Part shown: positions 1 to 12,699 of the stretch, piece after piece
Numbering within the stretch: position 1 is the stretch's first letter
Layout: every line of letters begins with the position of its first letter
Source of the DNA: Lama guanicoe
Lineage: Eukaryota
Length of the DNA: 64,000 nt
Assembly (NCBI GenBank): GCA_013239625.1
Contig: MU053934.1
Span: 6,342,399 to 6,406,398 of the forward strand
Direction of reading: 5' to 3'
Program-made: the position numbers and the translations under genes
The notes under the pieces: model-generated
What the model saw: the letters and a program-made list of their open reading frames with translations, nothing else
Told to the model about the DNA's origin: nothing
Database searches by the model: none

Positions 1-52
1 CCTTCATACAACTGACCCTGGAACTGAAGGCCAGGTTCTGCAGCGGCCTGAG
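1..52 (+). CDS. MEI1: MEI1 internal coding exon, 5' part outside the window (FIQLTLELKARFCSGL)
   Basis: Open frame ending AG|GTATGT. Phase 2 joins in frame to the exon at 1067. Confidence 0.85.
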
Positions 53-1066
53 GTATGTATGATCCCAGGTAAAGATAGTGGCAACGGGGTCAAATGTCCT
101 TCTTCACTGGACAAGTGGAAGTTTCTGATTGATGTGGTTTAGTCATAGGATTGCGGGGGGATTGACACAATGTCAATTACTCAGCAACTGGTGGTATGAG
201 CTAGACATTCTTCTGTAGTTTTATTTAATCTAGTTCTTATAAGACTCTCATTCCATGTGATACTTGGATAAGCACCTGTAACATCAAAACTAGAAGGGCT
301 CTTAGAGATCATTTGTCTAACCTCACATTTTATAAACAAGGAAGCTGAAGCCCTCACAGGGTAGTTGATGCAGTGTCCGTTGAGACAGTCCTGTTCTTAA
401 TTGCTGCCAGACCAGCAGTTCCAGAGGAGAAAGTCTCTTATTCAAAGTAGAGAGGTTGCTGCCTCAGTCTGTCTTGTTAGGTTTTTAGAGCAGCCTTCTG
501 TGCCTCCCCATTTTTGATTTACCACCTGTCTCTGCATTTACTTGGCAGATTCCACTTGTTACTGCCTATAGCCCTCAAGGTGACCACAGTGCAGTATCTA
601 GCTCTCCTTCCATATCTCTGAATACAACAGCAAACTTTCAGGAGAGAATATGGGGATCCACCTGGATTCAAAGTCATAATGTTGGATGTTTGTAGTTCTT
701 CTTAACTACCCATTTTTGGTTCAATACCTTCCTCTTTTCTGGTACTCCCAGCCCTTTCCTGATCCAAGAACACTTTTGTTTATATGTTTTACTAAATTGG
801 AGCTTACTAGCCCTCCTTGATTTATTTTTTTCAGTCAACTTTTAGTGAATGCCTATATGGGCCAAGTGCCTAAGTTACATCTGTGGGCAGCAGGTTCCAT
901 ACTTACTTTTCATAGCCACCTCTGGGCCTCTACCAGGGCCATAGTTAGAATTTCATTGGGCTCTGACACAAAGCAGTGGTGCTTCAGTACATGGCAGGGA
1001 TAATGCTGTGCCAGCCAGAGTAGCAATGTTCTTTCTCTTGTTCTCTTTTCCTCTTCTCCCTCTAAG

Positions 1067-1164
1067 TCACTCAGCCCTAAACCAGGTGTGTTCCAGTTTC
1101 CTCTACTACATGTGCATCAACCTCCTCTCAGCTCCAGAGAAGACAGGACTACCTTCCCAAGAAG
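1067..1164 (+). CDS. MEI1: MEI1 coding exon ([33 protein letters not shown])
   Basis: Polypyrimidine tract with TAAG acceptor and G|GTAAGA donor. 98 nt, phases consistent, resembles recalled human MEI1 LSAPEKTG. Confidence 0.9.
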
Positions 1165-1522
1165 GTAAGATGCTGTAGTTTGGCCACTCATGAGGTCCTT
1201 GGTGGTATTTTAGAGTCTGGATGCCTTGCTGATTTGCTGAGTAGTGAGCCAGAACAATGATAAGATATCTTGGCTTAAAGCCACCTAGAGGAACCATGGA
1301 ATCATGAAATGATGAAACTGTAGGTTACCTCCTAGGGAGGTGAGATAATAGAATCAGAAAGCCATGGAATCCAAGGTTCTTGGACCTTTAGACTTTAAGG
1401 GTCGAAAAGACCCTAAAGTTCATCAAGACCAGTTCCTCCCCGTGACCGTCTTCTCTGCATCGTCCCTCACACCAGGCCTCTTGCTCTCTGCTTGTTACCT
1501 CCAGAGACTCTGCTCAAAGTAT

Positions 1523-2940
1523 CTTAAAAACAATTTTTTTTATTGAAGTACAGTCAGTTACAATATGTCAATTTCTGGTGTACGGCACAATGTCCCAGTC
1601 ATGCATATACATATATATTTGTTTTCATATTCTTTTTCATTAAAGGTTATTACAAGATATTGAATATACTTCTCTGTGCTATACAGAAGAAATTTTTTTA
1701 AGATTTGTTTTTATGTATAGTGGCTAACATTTGCAAATCTCAAACCTCCAAATTTATCCCTTCTCACCAGCTTTCCCCAGTAACCACAAGATTGTTTTCT
1801 ATGTCTGCGAGTCCGTTTCTGTTCTGTTGATGAGTTTATAATGTCCTTTTTTTTTAAGATTCTACATATGAATGATATCATATGGTATTTTTCTTTCTCT
1901 TTCTGGCTTACTTCACTTAGAATGATGATCTCTAGGTCCATCCATGTTGCTGCAGATGGCATTAATTTATTCTTTTTTTTTTTAACATTTTTTAATTGAT
2001 TTATAATCATTTTGCAATGTTGTGTCAAATTCCAGTGTAGAGCACAATTTTTCAGTTATACATGAAAATATATATATTCATTGTCACATTTTTTTCTCTG
2101 TGAGCTACCACAAGATCTTGTATATATTTCCCTGTGCTATACAGTATAATCTTGTTTATCTATTCTACAATTTTGAAATCCCAGTCTATCTCTTCCCACC
2201 CCTGCGCCCTTGGCAACCACAAGTTTATATTCTATGTCTGTGAGTCTATTTCTGTTTTGTATTTATGCTTTATTTGTTTTTTTTAGATTCCACATATGAG
2301 CGATCTTATATGGTATTTTTCTTTCTCTTTCTGGCTTACTTCACTTAGAATGACATTCTCCAGGAGCATCCATGTTGCTGCAAATGGCATTATGTGGTCG
2401 GTTTTTATGGCTGAGTAGTATTCCATTGTATAAATATACCACATCTTCTTTATCCAGTCATCTGTTGATGGACATTTAGGCTGTTTCCATGTCTTGGCTA
2501 TCGTAAATAGTGCTGCTATGAACATTGGAGTGCATGTATCTTTTCAAATTAGAGTTCCCTTTGGGTATATGCCTGGTAGTGGGATTGCTGGATCATATGG
2601 TAAATCTATCTTTAATTTTTTGAGGAATCTCCATATTGTTTTCCATAATGGCTGCACCAAACTACATTCCCACCAACAGTGTATAGGAGGGTTCCCTTTT
2701 CTCCACACCCTTTTCAGCATTTATTGTTTTTGGACTTTTTAATGATAGCCATTCTGACCAGTGTGAGGTGACACCTCATTGTAGTTTTGATTTGCCTTTC
2801 TCTGATAATTAGTGATATTGTGCATTTATTCTCATGCCTATTGGAGAATTGCTTGCTTATGTCTTCTGCCCATTTTTGGATTGAGTTGTTGGTTTTTGTG
2901 TTATTAAGTTGTATAAGCTGTTTATATATTCTGGATTAAA
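1523..2940 (-). mobile_element. Composite 5'-truncated LINE-1 (two stacked L1 3' ends)
   Basis: Minus-strand ORFs give L1 ORF2 C-terminal motifs ([28 protein letters not shown] twice). A 13-bp TSD ctgctcaaagtat lies at 1510-1522 and 2941-2953. Confidence 0.9.
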
Positions 2941-3004
2941 CTGCTCAAAGTATGTTGAACAGCCTGTTCCATTTCTTTGTTCCTCCATTCAAGAAATATT
3001 TCTT

Positions 3005-3130
3005 AGAATATGAAAATGAATATATGTTTGTTCATGTATGACTGAAACATTATGCTGTACACCAGAAATTGACAAAACGTTATAAACTAACTATACTTCA
3101 ATTAAAAAAAATACATATATACACACAAAA
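3005..3130 (+). mobile_element. Short L1 3'-UTR tail insertion
   Basis: Same tail as the L1 at 1535-1690 in the opposite orientation, A-rich end, TSD aaga(a/g)atatttctt at 2991-3004 and 3131-3144. Confidence 0.8.
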
Positions 3131-5235
3131 AAGAGATATTTCTTGAGCACCTACTTGTGCTAAACTATTTCAGGAACTACTGATAAGGATACAAAGTCCT
3201 GTTCTCATGAAGTGGGAGAGGCAGACAGTAAATACATAGATACAATGTCAGGAATGGATAGATGCTATGAAAAAAATAAAACTGGGTGAAGTGATAGTGA
3301 TGGGAGGAGGAAGTACACCCTAGATAGGGTGGTCATGAGGAGGTGAGGAGGTGACATGTTAGCAGAGGTCTGAGTGAGGTGAAGGAACCCCATGCAGAAT
3401 CTAGGTAGGGGGAACAGCAGATGCAGGGCTGAGAGCTGGAAGTTTTTCCTTTTGCTGAATGTTCACTGAGCTTCTGCTACATGCCAGGGGAGGCCTAGGT
3501 GCAGCTGTGGAGACAATGATCATTATGGTATGTTCTCTATCCTAAGGAGTTCCTCTATCCTAGACCTCTGCCTCTTGCTGTAAGATAAAACAATTTAATC
3601 ATTGTTTTATTCACTCATTCAACAAATGTTGTGCCCTCCTTGTGGGTGAGAATTGATGCTGGCTGGGTTTCCTCTTTTTACATTTATGTGGATTGTGTCT
3701 TCTCCTCCCATCCTTCCCAAATCCCTTTCTCCTTTGTCTTTCTCAGACACTATGCTGAGAGACAGAAGCACAGGTGAGCATTTTCACTCCTTCCAATGTG
3801 GCTTGGCTCCTAGTTCTCTCACTGTACTGCCCAGGGCTCTCTGCGTGGGGCCCAGCTCTGCCTGTTCAGGCATGGTCTGGCCTGCAGAGAGCAGCATGAC
3901 GACGTAGCCGTGGTGGCAGTCAGATCACCACAGCCTCTTGTGCTCACGAGCACTGGCCCCCTGCTGCTGGCAGCTCCCTCTCTCGTTGGAATAAGAGGAG
4001 TCCCACACATCTGCCCCCTCAGACCCTGAGATCTTGTCAAATCCCAGAGCACCAGAAAGAGCAGCCAACCTTACAGACTGCTTCTTTCTTTTATACAACA
4101 GGAGAAAGGGCAGGTGGATGTGTGAGGCTCAAGGATATTATGCTTGATCATAGTGTGCTTTGGTGGAAAAAGCACTAAACTTAGAATTAGGAAACCTGAC
4201 CTGGCTCTGCCTCTGTGTGGGGCATTTTCCATTCTCACCCTCTACTTGGCCCACTGCACTGGCAAGATGGACTCTTTCATTTGACCTCTAACTTGGCCCC
4301 CTGCTTTCAGTCTCTCATCCTCCAACCAATCTTCACTGATTGCTGGAAGATCTATCTGAAAACCAGGTCTTAACATCTTAACTCCCCTGGCTTTCAGCCG
4401 TCGTCCCCAAACATCAGTCTGTGGGGCATATCTGACAGTGATGGAGTTTTCTCTTGTCCTTGGTGAAATGTGGAAAATAAGGGTAAGTTGACTTTATTCA
4501 AAATTTAAGCCCTGAGGTCTTTTTCTTTCATAGGTATTAAAATACTCTTTGTTTTTCAAAACAGAGATTCCATAAGAAGTCTAGGAATCTGCTCTCGGGA
4601 TAAAATCCAGATTCTATACTCAGCATTCAGGGTCTTTCACAGTGCAGTTACAAATTACATCACACAGTTCCCAAACTCCTGACACTCCACATCTATAAAC
4701 TGATGGTCCAGTCACACTGAACTTGCTGCCCTCTAAACATGGCATGTCCTTATATGCCTCCAGGCCTCTGAACACCTTGCTTCCTGTTTCAAGGAGTCTC
4801 TTCCCTCCTTTCTCTGCCTGTGTATTACCTTCCGCAGTTCCCTCCTCTTTGAACCTGCCCTCTCCATCACAGGCAGCATGAGTCACTTTCTTTTCCACAC
4901 TTGAATGTAGCGCCGATCACATGTCCTGCAATTATCTGTCTCATTATCTGTATTTCCCTACCAGCTGCCAGTTACTGGGGGTAGGGCCCGTGTTTCACAG
5001 CCTGACCTAGAGTAGCCACTCAGTGAACATTGTCAAGTGAATGAATATATCCATGTCCTTCCACATGTTACCTTGAGTCTCTCCTGGTAAAGAGAAAGAG
5101 GAGATTGATTTCCTTTTATCCTGCATGTATCCTTGCTACCCTGTGCAGTATTCTGTATGTAGTAGATACTCATGTACTCATTATTTGCTCTCCCATTTTC
5201 TCTGTGTGGCTTTCTCCTGCCTGTTCCCTGCCCAG

Positions 5236-5404
5236 AACTCTCTGCGGTGTCTGAGCTTCTTCAGCACGGGCTGCCCCAGATAAACAGCAGGAGCCCTGAA
5301 AGCCTTGCTTTTCTGTTGGATCGCCAGTATGTGGAGGGAGCTGCTCGCCAGAGACAGTACTGCATCCTGCTCCTCTTCTACCTGGCCTACATCCACGGGG
5401 ACAG
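5236..5404 (+). CDS. MEI1: MEI1 coding exon ([15 protein letters not shown]...YIHGD)
   Basis: CCCAG acceptor and AG|GTCAGT donor. 169 nt, contained in ORF 5172..5429. Confidence 0.93.
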
Positions 5405-5759
5405 GTCAGTGCTCAGAGCTGGCGGCTGATGTTTGGTTCTAGGACCAACACCTGTAGCCAAGTTCAGTTCAAAAAATAGTTACAGAGGCATCCTTTTGAA
5501 GCCTGCTGCTGGGCACTGGGGACACAGGGGTAAGTGAGAATTGTATTCCTGAGGGGCTCACATTTTGGAGAGTGAGTTGAGACAGATGGATTGTCACAGT
5601 ACTGAGAGACAGAGGCCTGGATGCTAATATGAATTCCTTGATATCCCTGAAAGTGTTGTTCGTTCACTGAAAAAAATTTCAGTGGTTTATTTTGGTTTTA
5701 CAAATTACTGTACATACCATTAAAATTTAAAATCAAAGGACTATTCTTCCTTAAACTTA

Positions 5760-8700
5760 AAAAAAATTTATTGAGGTATAATTTATATAACACAAATTAA
5801 CCATTTTTAAAACACCTTTATTGTGGTATGATTCCTGTACAATAAACTACACATATTTCAGATGTACAATTTGATGCATTTTGATAGATGTAACAAATTA
5901 ACCATTTTAAAGTGGCAATAAGTATATTCACAATGTTGTGCAACCACCACCTCTGTCTAGTTCCAAAACATTTCTATTAATCCAAAGTAAAACCTCCTAC
6001 CTATTAAGCAGTCACTCCTCATTCCTTCTTCTGCTCAGCTCCTGGCAATCAACAATCTGCATTCTGTCTCTATGGATTTATTCTGAACATTTCCTATAGA
6101 TGGAATCATATAATATGTGACCTTTTGCACGTGGCTTCTTCCACTTAGCATAAAGTTTTCAAGATTCATCCAGTTAGCATAATGTTTGTAGCATGTATCT
6201 GTTTTTTATGGCTGAATAATATACCATTGTATGTATGTACCACAGTTTGTTTATCCATTCATTCACTGATGGGCATTTGGGCTGTTTCCACCTTTTGGCT
6301 ATTGTGAATAGTAATGCTGTGAATATGCGTGTACATGTATCTATTTGAGAACTCGTTTTCTATTCCTTTTCTGTATGTGCCACGTGTAGGATTGAGGAGT
6401 CATATGGTAATACTATGTCTAACTTTTTGAGGAACTTCCAAATTGTTTTCCAGAGTGGCTGCAATCCTACCAGCAATATTTGAAGGGTCTGATTTCTCCA
6501 TGTCCTTGTCGACACTTGTTATCGTCCATCTTTTTGACTATAGCCATCCTCTTGGGTATAAAGTGGTTTTTGTGTTGTGGTTAGCATTTCCCTAACGACT
6601 AATGATTAGCAATTTTCCTAAGGACTAATGATGTTGAGCATCTTTTCATGTGCTTCTTGGCTATTAGAATACCTTCTTTGGATAAATTCAGATCTTTTAC
6701 CCATTTTTTAACTGAGTTGTAAGAGTTCTTTATATGTTCTAGATATAAGTTCCTTATCAGATATACAATTTGCAATTTTTTTCTCCTGTTCTGTTAGTTA
6801 TCCTTTCACTTTCCTGATGATGTCCTTTGAAGCATAAACTTTTTTAAATTTGGTGAAATCAAATTTTAATTTTGATGAAATTTGTGTATTTTTTTTGCTA
6901 TCATTTATGCTTTTGGTATTGATTCTAAGAGACTATTTTCTAACCCAAAATGATAAAAATTTACTCCTACATTTTCTTCTGTAGTTCTTTTCCCTTATAG
7001 TTTTACCTATTATATATAGCTATTTTGAGTTAACTTTTGTGATGGTGTGAGGTAGGGGTTTAGTTCTTTTGCATGTGGCTTATACAGATGTTCTAGCACC
7101 ATTGTCGAAAAGACTATTCTTTCCCCCTTTGAATTGTCTTGACACCCTCATTGAAAATCACTTGACCCACATGATTCTTTAAAAGTTTTTTTTCTTATTT
7201 TAAGAATCATGCTTATTGTAAAAATTCAAGTAAAATGATTTAATATAAAGTTAAAATATTTCCCTATGCACCTGCTGGAGTTAACTGTTGTTAGGTACCC
7301 TCCATGAACTCTTCTGTGTTTTAAAAAACACAAATATACTTCTTTCAAAAAAATACACAGAATGGGATATAATATAAGGTCTTCAGCTTGCTTTTTAACT
7401 TAACAGTGTATCTTGAACATCTTTCCATGCTAGTACATGTACCTTATTCTTTTGGTAGTATAATATTTATATTATGGCTATTATACATTTAATTTTTAGT
7501 TTTTAAATAAATATTTTATTTTGGAGTAATTATAGATTTACAGAAAAGTTACAGACAATACACAGAGTTCCCTTATACTCTTCACCCATTTTCTCCTAAT
7601 ACCAACATAACTATGGTACATTTACCAAACTAAGACATCAACATTGGCACATTACTATTTTTCCTAATTTTTAAATTGTAAGATACACAAACATAAAATT
7701 TACCATCTTAACCATTTATAGTATACAGTTCAGTAGTATTAAATACATTCATAATGTTGAGCTACCATTACTGCCATCCATCTCCAGAATTCTTTTCATC
7801 TTGCAAAACTCTATACCCATTAAACAATAATTGTCCATTCCCTCCTGCCCTCAGCCCCTGGTAACCACTATTTTACTTTCTGTCCCTATGATTTTGACTA
7901 TGCTAAGTACTTCATATAGTAGAATCATACAGTATTTATCTTTTTGTGACTGGTTGTTTCAATTAGCATAATGTCTTAAAGATTCATCAGCTGTAGCATA
8001 TGTCAGAATTTCCTTTCTTTTTTGGGCTGAATAATATTTCATTGTATATGTGTATACTACATTTTGCTTATCCATTCATCTGTCAATAGACACTTGGGTT
8101 GCTTCCTCTTAGCTATTGTGAGTAATGCTGCTGTGAACAAGGGTGGACAAATATCTCTTTGAGACCCTGCTTTTAATTATTTTGGGTTTATACCCAGAAG
8201 TGGAATTGCCAGATCATCTGGTAGTTCTATTTTTAATTTTTTTGAGGCAATATCATGCTATTTTCCACAGTGGTTATACCATTTGACATTCTCACTAACA
8301 GTGCACAAGTTTTCCAATTTCTCCACATCCTCTTGAAAACTTTTTATTTTTTACTTTTTTTGATAGTAGCCATCCTAATGGATGTGAGGTTATTATCTCA
8401 TAGTTTTGATTTGCGCTTCCCCAATAATTAGTGACATTGAGCATCTTTTCATGTGCTCATTGGCCATCTGTATATATTCTTTGGAGAAATGTCTATTCAA
8501 ATCCTTTGCCCATTTTTGAATCAGATCGTTTTAGTTTCTTTGTTGTTGAGTTTTAGGAGTTCTCTGTATATTCTGGGTATTAATTCCTTCTTTGATATAT
8601 GATTTGCAAATAATCTCTCCCATTTTGTGGGTTGCCTGTGCCATTGGTGTCATAACCAAGAAATCATTGCCAAATTCAGTGTCATGAAACTTTTGCTTTT

Positions 8701-8915
8701 TTTTTTTCTTAAAGTTTTATAGTTCTAGGTCTTACATTTAAGTCTGGATCCATTTGGGGTTAATTTTCTTTTATATCGTGTTAAGTAAGAGTCTAACTTT
8801 ATTCTTTTGCGTATCCAGTTTTCCTGGCACCATTTGTTGAAAATACTGTCCTTTCCCCATTGAATGGTCTTGGCACCCTCATTGAAAATCATTTGATCAT
8901 ATGCATGAGGGTTTA
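5760..8915 (-). mobile_element. Cluster of nested, older LINE-1 (L1M-type) 3' fragments
   Basis: Recurrent L1 antisense motifs (ttatccattcat, gctattgtgaat, ttttccacagtgg, caccatttgttgaaa). No intact ORF. Confidence 0.8.
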
Positions 8916-8933
8916 ATACTATTAACTAAACTG

Positions 8934-9059
8934 TTTTTGGAGGGGGGAGGTAATTAAGTTTACTTATTTATTTATTTTTAGAGGAGGTACTGGGGATTGA
9001 ACCCGGGACCTTGTGTATGCTAAGCATGAGCTCTACCACTTGAGTTATACCCTCTCCCC
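8934..9059 (-). mobile_element. tRNA-Ala-derived SINE (Vic-1-like)
   Basis: Reverse complement of the head ...ggtagagctcatgcttagcatacacaaggtcccgggttcaatccccagtacctcc followed by an (AAAT)n tail. Confidence 0.85.
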
Positions 9060-9426
9060 AGAACACGCAAATGTTAATGATAGATACAAGAAGAGAAAGG
9101 TGGGCTGGCTGCTAAAGCAGGGCCTCCTGAACCCCCGAACCCCCGAAGTGGCATCCTGCTCTTTAACACTGCTGGTCCAGCTGGCTGATGATTCACCTTC
9201 TAGGTGTGAATGAGGAGTCTCTGGCCTCTAACAGAGCCTTGCACAATGCATAGAACTATGTGCTGTGCATGTGTGACAATGCTTTAAGTATATATAGCAC
9301 ACTTTTTGTACAAGGTGTCACAAGGCTGTGGACATGCTAGGGCAGAAGAACAGTGGCTGAGGGAGGATGTGGCAAGGTAAGATAGCCATATCTGCCTTTT
9401 TTACTCAGACTTTCCTTGATCCACAG

Positions 9427-9574
9427 GTTTGTCTCAGAGGCGGAGTTATTTGTGGCTGTGCAAAGCTTCCTCCTGTCTCTGCAGGACCAGGGTGAACACC
9501 CTCCACTGGTGGTCTTCAGAGCTTCCATCTATCTACTTGCAATCTGCCAGGACAAAGGTGGTGCATTACCCGAG
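9427..9574 (+). CDS. MEI1: MEI1 coding exon ([15 protein letters not shown]...KGGALPE)
   Basis: CACAG acceptor and GAG|GTATGA donor. 148 nt, in frame. Confidence 0.93.
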
Positions 9575-10507
9575 GTATGAACCAAAACTCCTGTACCTCT
9601 TTACATCATGGTTCCTTGATGGTGTGTGTATAGAGAAGGGAGGCACCAGAAAGAGAGAGAGAGAAAGGGAGGGTGGATAGGTGAGTGACTGTGGTGGGGG
9701 AGTGGAGGGAGGTAGAGTATTGATACATACAGTGCCTATGTAATTTAGCTAATTCTCTCAATAGTCCTGGGAAGCAGAGATTATTATTTCTGTTTTATAG
9801 ATAATAAAATCAGGACTTAGTTTAAATAAAGTAACTTTCTCTAGGTCACACAGTTAATTGATGGGAAAGCCAGGACCCCAACTCAGACTTGATCAACTCC
9901 CAAGGCTCTTTTCTAAGTATCACCTCTGGTTTGTGCATGGGGGGAGAGATGTGAGGTATGTCCAGGTGACAGTTTATCTAACAAAGTGTGTTGTGAGGGC
10001 CCAGATCATTGTTAATCAGGCTCTTTGTGGTATTAGCAGCCATTAGTGATCATTGCCTAGATCCATTAATTTATTAGGGATTGCAAAATAATAATATCCT
10101 GATTCTGTCATTTTCTCTTTATTAATGTAATACTTGTATAAAAAGAAACTTCTCTTATCAATTATTCAGTTACTCTGAATGGTAGATTGTATAGGAAGCA
10201 TAGATTGAATGTTTGATTTTTTCCCTTTAATTACCAGTTTTCAAGAAAATGAGTTGGTTGCCTAGCATTCTCTAAAAGTGACCAAAGATATTTTTTTAGT
10301 ATTATTATGAGCTCATGGATTTAAAAATATTTGATGATTTCAATTCACTGTAGTTATTATCCTTTTTAAGGATCAAATTGTCCTATCTTTGGCCAGTGGG
10401 AGCCTATTCAAGGTAGCTCCTAAGTCCTTTTAACACGACTCTTTGACAGAGTTTGAGTTTTCTAGTATGACAAGATGCTTCAGGCTTTCCTGTTCTCCCA
10501 TTCTTTC

Positions 10508-10509
<2 letters not shown>

Positions 10510-10552
<43 letters not shown>

Positions 10553-10683
10553 CTATAGCCAGTTTACAATGTTGTGTCAATTTCTGATGTACAGCATAAT
10601 GCTTCAGTCATACATGAACATACATATATTTGTTTTCATATTGTTTTTCATCATAAGTTACTACAAGATATTGAATATAGTTC
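10510..10683 (-). mobile_element. Short L1 3' tail whose A-tail position is occupied by (CA)n
   Basis: L1 tail motif tcagtcatacatgaacatacatatatt. 15-bp TSD ctcccattctttctt at 10495-10509 and 10684-10698. Confidence 0.8.
10511..10548. repeat. (GT)19 microsatellite
   Basis: Read directly from the sequence. Confidence 0.97.
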
Positions 10684-12699
10684 CTCCCATTCTTTCTTGA
10701 TCCTACCCCAGTTAGGTATTCATTCTTACCACATCCCTGAAAATGCACTTATCAAAGTCACCAATAATAGATACATGGCTAAAACCAATAATTAATATTT
10801 TAGGTGACTAAAATATTACTTGACCTATAAACAGCATCTCTTTTTCTTTGAAACTCTGCTTTTGCTTAGCATCTAGAATACCATGTACTCCTGGTTTTCC
10901 TCCTACCTCTCTGGCTGTTATGTCTCAGTATATTTTGGTGATTCTCTCTTATCTCCTTGACCTCTAACTGTTGTAGTACCACAGGGCTCAGTCTTTGACT
11001 GCTTTTCTTTTTTCTCTGAACTTATTGCTTTGATGATCTCATACTGTCTTATGGTTTAATTCATGGCTGAATTAAACAAGATCATTCTGGCTTCTGAGAC
11101 AACAGAATAAAGGAGTACAAGGATGGAAGTGCAGAAACCAGTTAGGGGGCTACAGCAATAATGCAGGCAAGAGAGAGTAGAGGAGGTGGTAAAAAGCGTT
11201 GGCTTCTGGGTATATGTTGAAGTTGGCACCATAGGATCTCTTGACACAGCCGTGTAAGGTGTGAGAATAAGAGTAAGTGTTTCCAAAGATTTTGGTTTTG
11301 ACGAGGGTAAGAGAATTGTTGGATTGAAATATTAGAGGGAGTGAGTTGGAAAGATAGGAGTGGTGGTGGTAAAATGGGATGTTTGAAATTGGGATCACTG
11401 GGATGGATGCAGTTCTTTGTAAAGGTCCAGAGGCATGACCATGGGAATGAATGGCTGAGGCAGGTAGAGGAGACTAGAAGGGAGTAAGTGAGAGAATTTA
11501 GAGGCCAAGGGTTTTGAACTAAGGAGGTGGGAGTGAAAATAGTCTCCCTTGAGAGATTGTAGGCAAAACAGGTTTCTAGAGAGAATCAAAGCAACAAGGT
11601 GAAGGGGATATTCAAAGAAGAGGTACAGGACACGGGGAATTTGCTGACAACTGTGAGTGAGTTCTAGAGAGCATGATGGAAGGGTTTTGGGAGGTGAGTA
11701 ACAGTGGGAGATGAGATCAGAAATAGGCATGTCCTGAGCAATAAGGGAATGATATGGAAGTTCTGAGCTTCCTGAGGTGACTGATACAAGCTGGGGAAAG
11801 GGAAACAATAGGAATAATCCTGGTGGCTTCAAGGAATAATGGTGGTAAGGCTGGTTCTTGGAGGCCCTCTCTTCACATCTACCAGTGGTGTGTGTGGAGA
11901 CTTAGAAGATAGCTTATAGGGTTCCAGACTTCCCCTCTTGGGTGTGAATCCATGATATACAAAATTATTTTGCATTTTTAAAGTTTTTATATAACTATAT
12001 AAATGGCAACGTATAATCACATATTAATTTTTTAACCTCAATTTTATTTTCTGTTTTTATTTAATTAAATTTATCTATTTATCCAGGGTTTTTTAATTGT
12101 GGTAAAATACACAAACATAAAATTTACTATCTTAACTGTTTTTAGTGAACAGTTCAGTGATATTAAGTACATGAATATCATTGTGCAACCGTCACCACCA
12201 TCCATCTCCAGAACTCTTTTCATCTTGCAAAACTGAAACTCTATACCCATTAAACTCTATAACTTCCCTACGTGAACTGACCACTTGACATGTGCCAAGT
12301 GCCATGTGGGTCCCTGTCAGGGCTGGGGTGAATCAAACAAATTCCCTGCTCTCAGGGAGCACTAGTTTGGCAAAAGAGACAAAAAGACCTACAAGACAGA
12401 AAACAACAGCAGTGAGTGCTCTCTTGGAGCTGGAGGACTGTCAAGAGCTATGAAAGAACACAGGGTGAGAGACTGTATCTGATTGTGGCATCAGGAGAGG
12501 CTTTGCTGAGGAGTTGGAGGTGATGAAGGGAGAACTTTCAGGCTCAAAATTGAGCAAGATTTAAGATACTGAAGTGGTAAATTACCCAGTCTATCCATTC
12601 AAGGTAGGAAGCCTAGTTTAGTGTGGCTTGGCTAGGTCAAATGAGAGATAAGAGTGGAGAGAAGCTGGGAGGTAGACTTAAGTCTTTGAAAACATGCTC

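Noticed and set aside
549..579. 31-nt AG...GT exon-like segment in a MEI1 intron
   Set aside because: It would shift the frame, has modest splice signals and is not needed for the MEI1 reading frame.
1711..2742. ORFs with protein-like sequence
   Set aside because: These are LINE-1 ORF2 C-terminal remnants and their antisense frames, not host genes.
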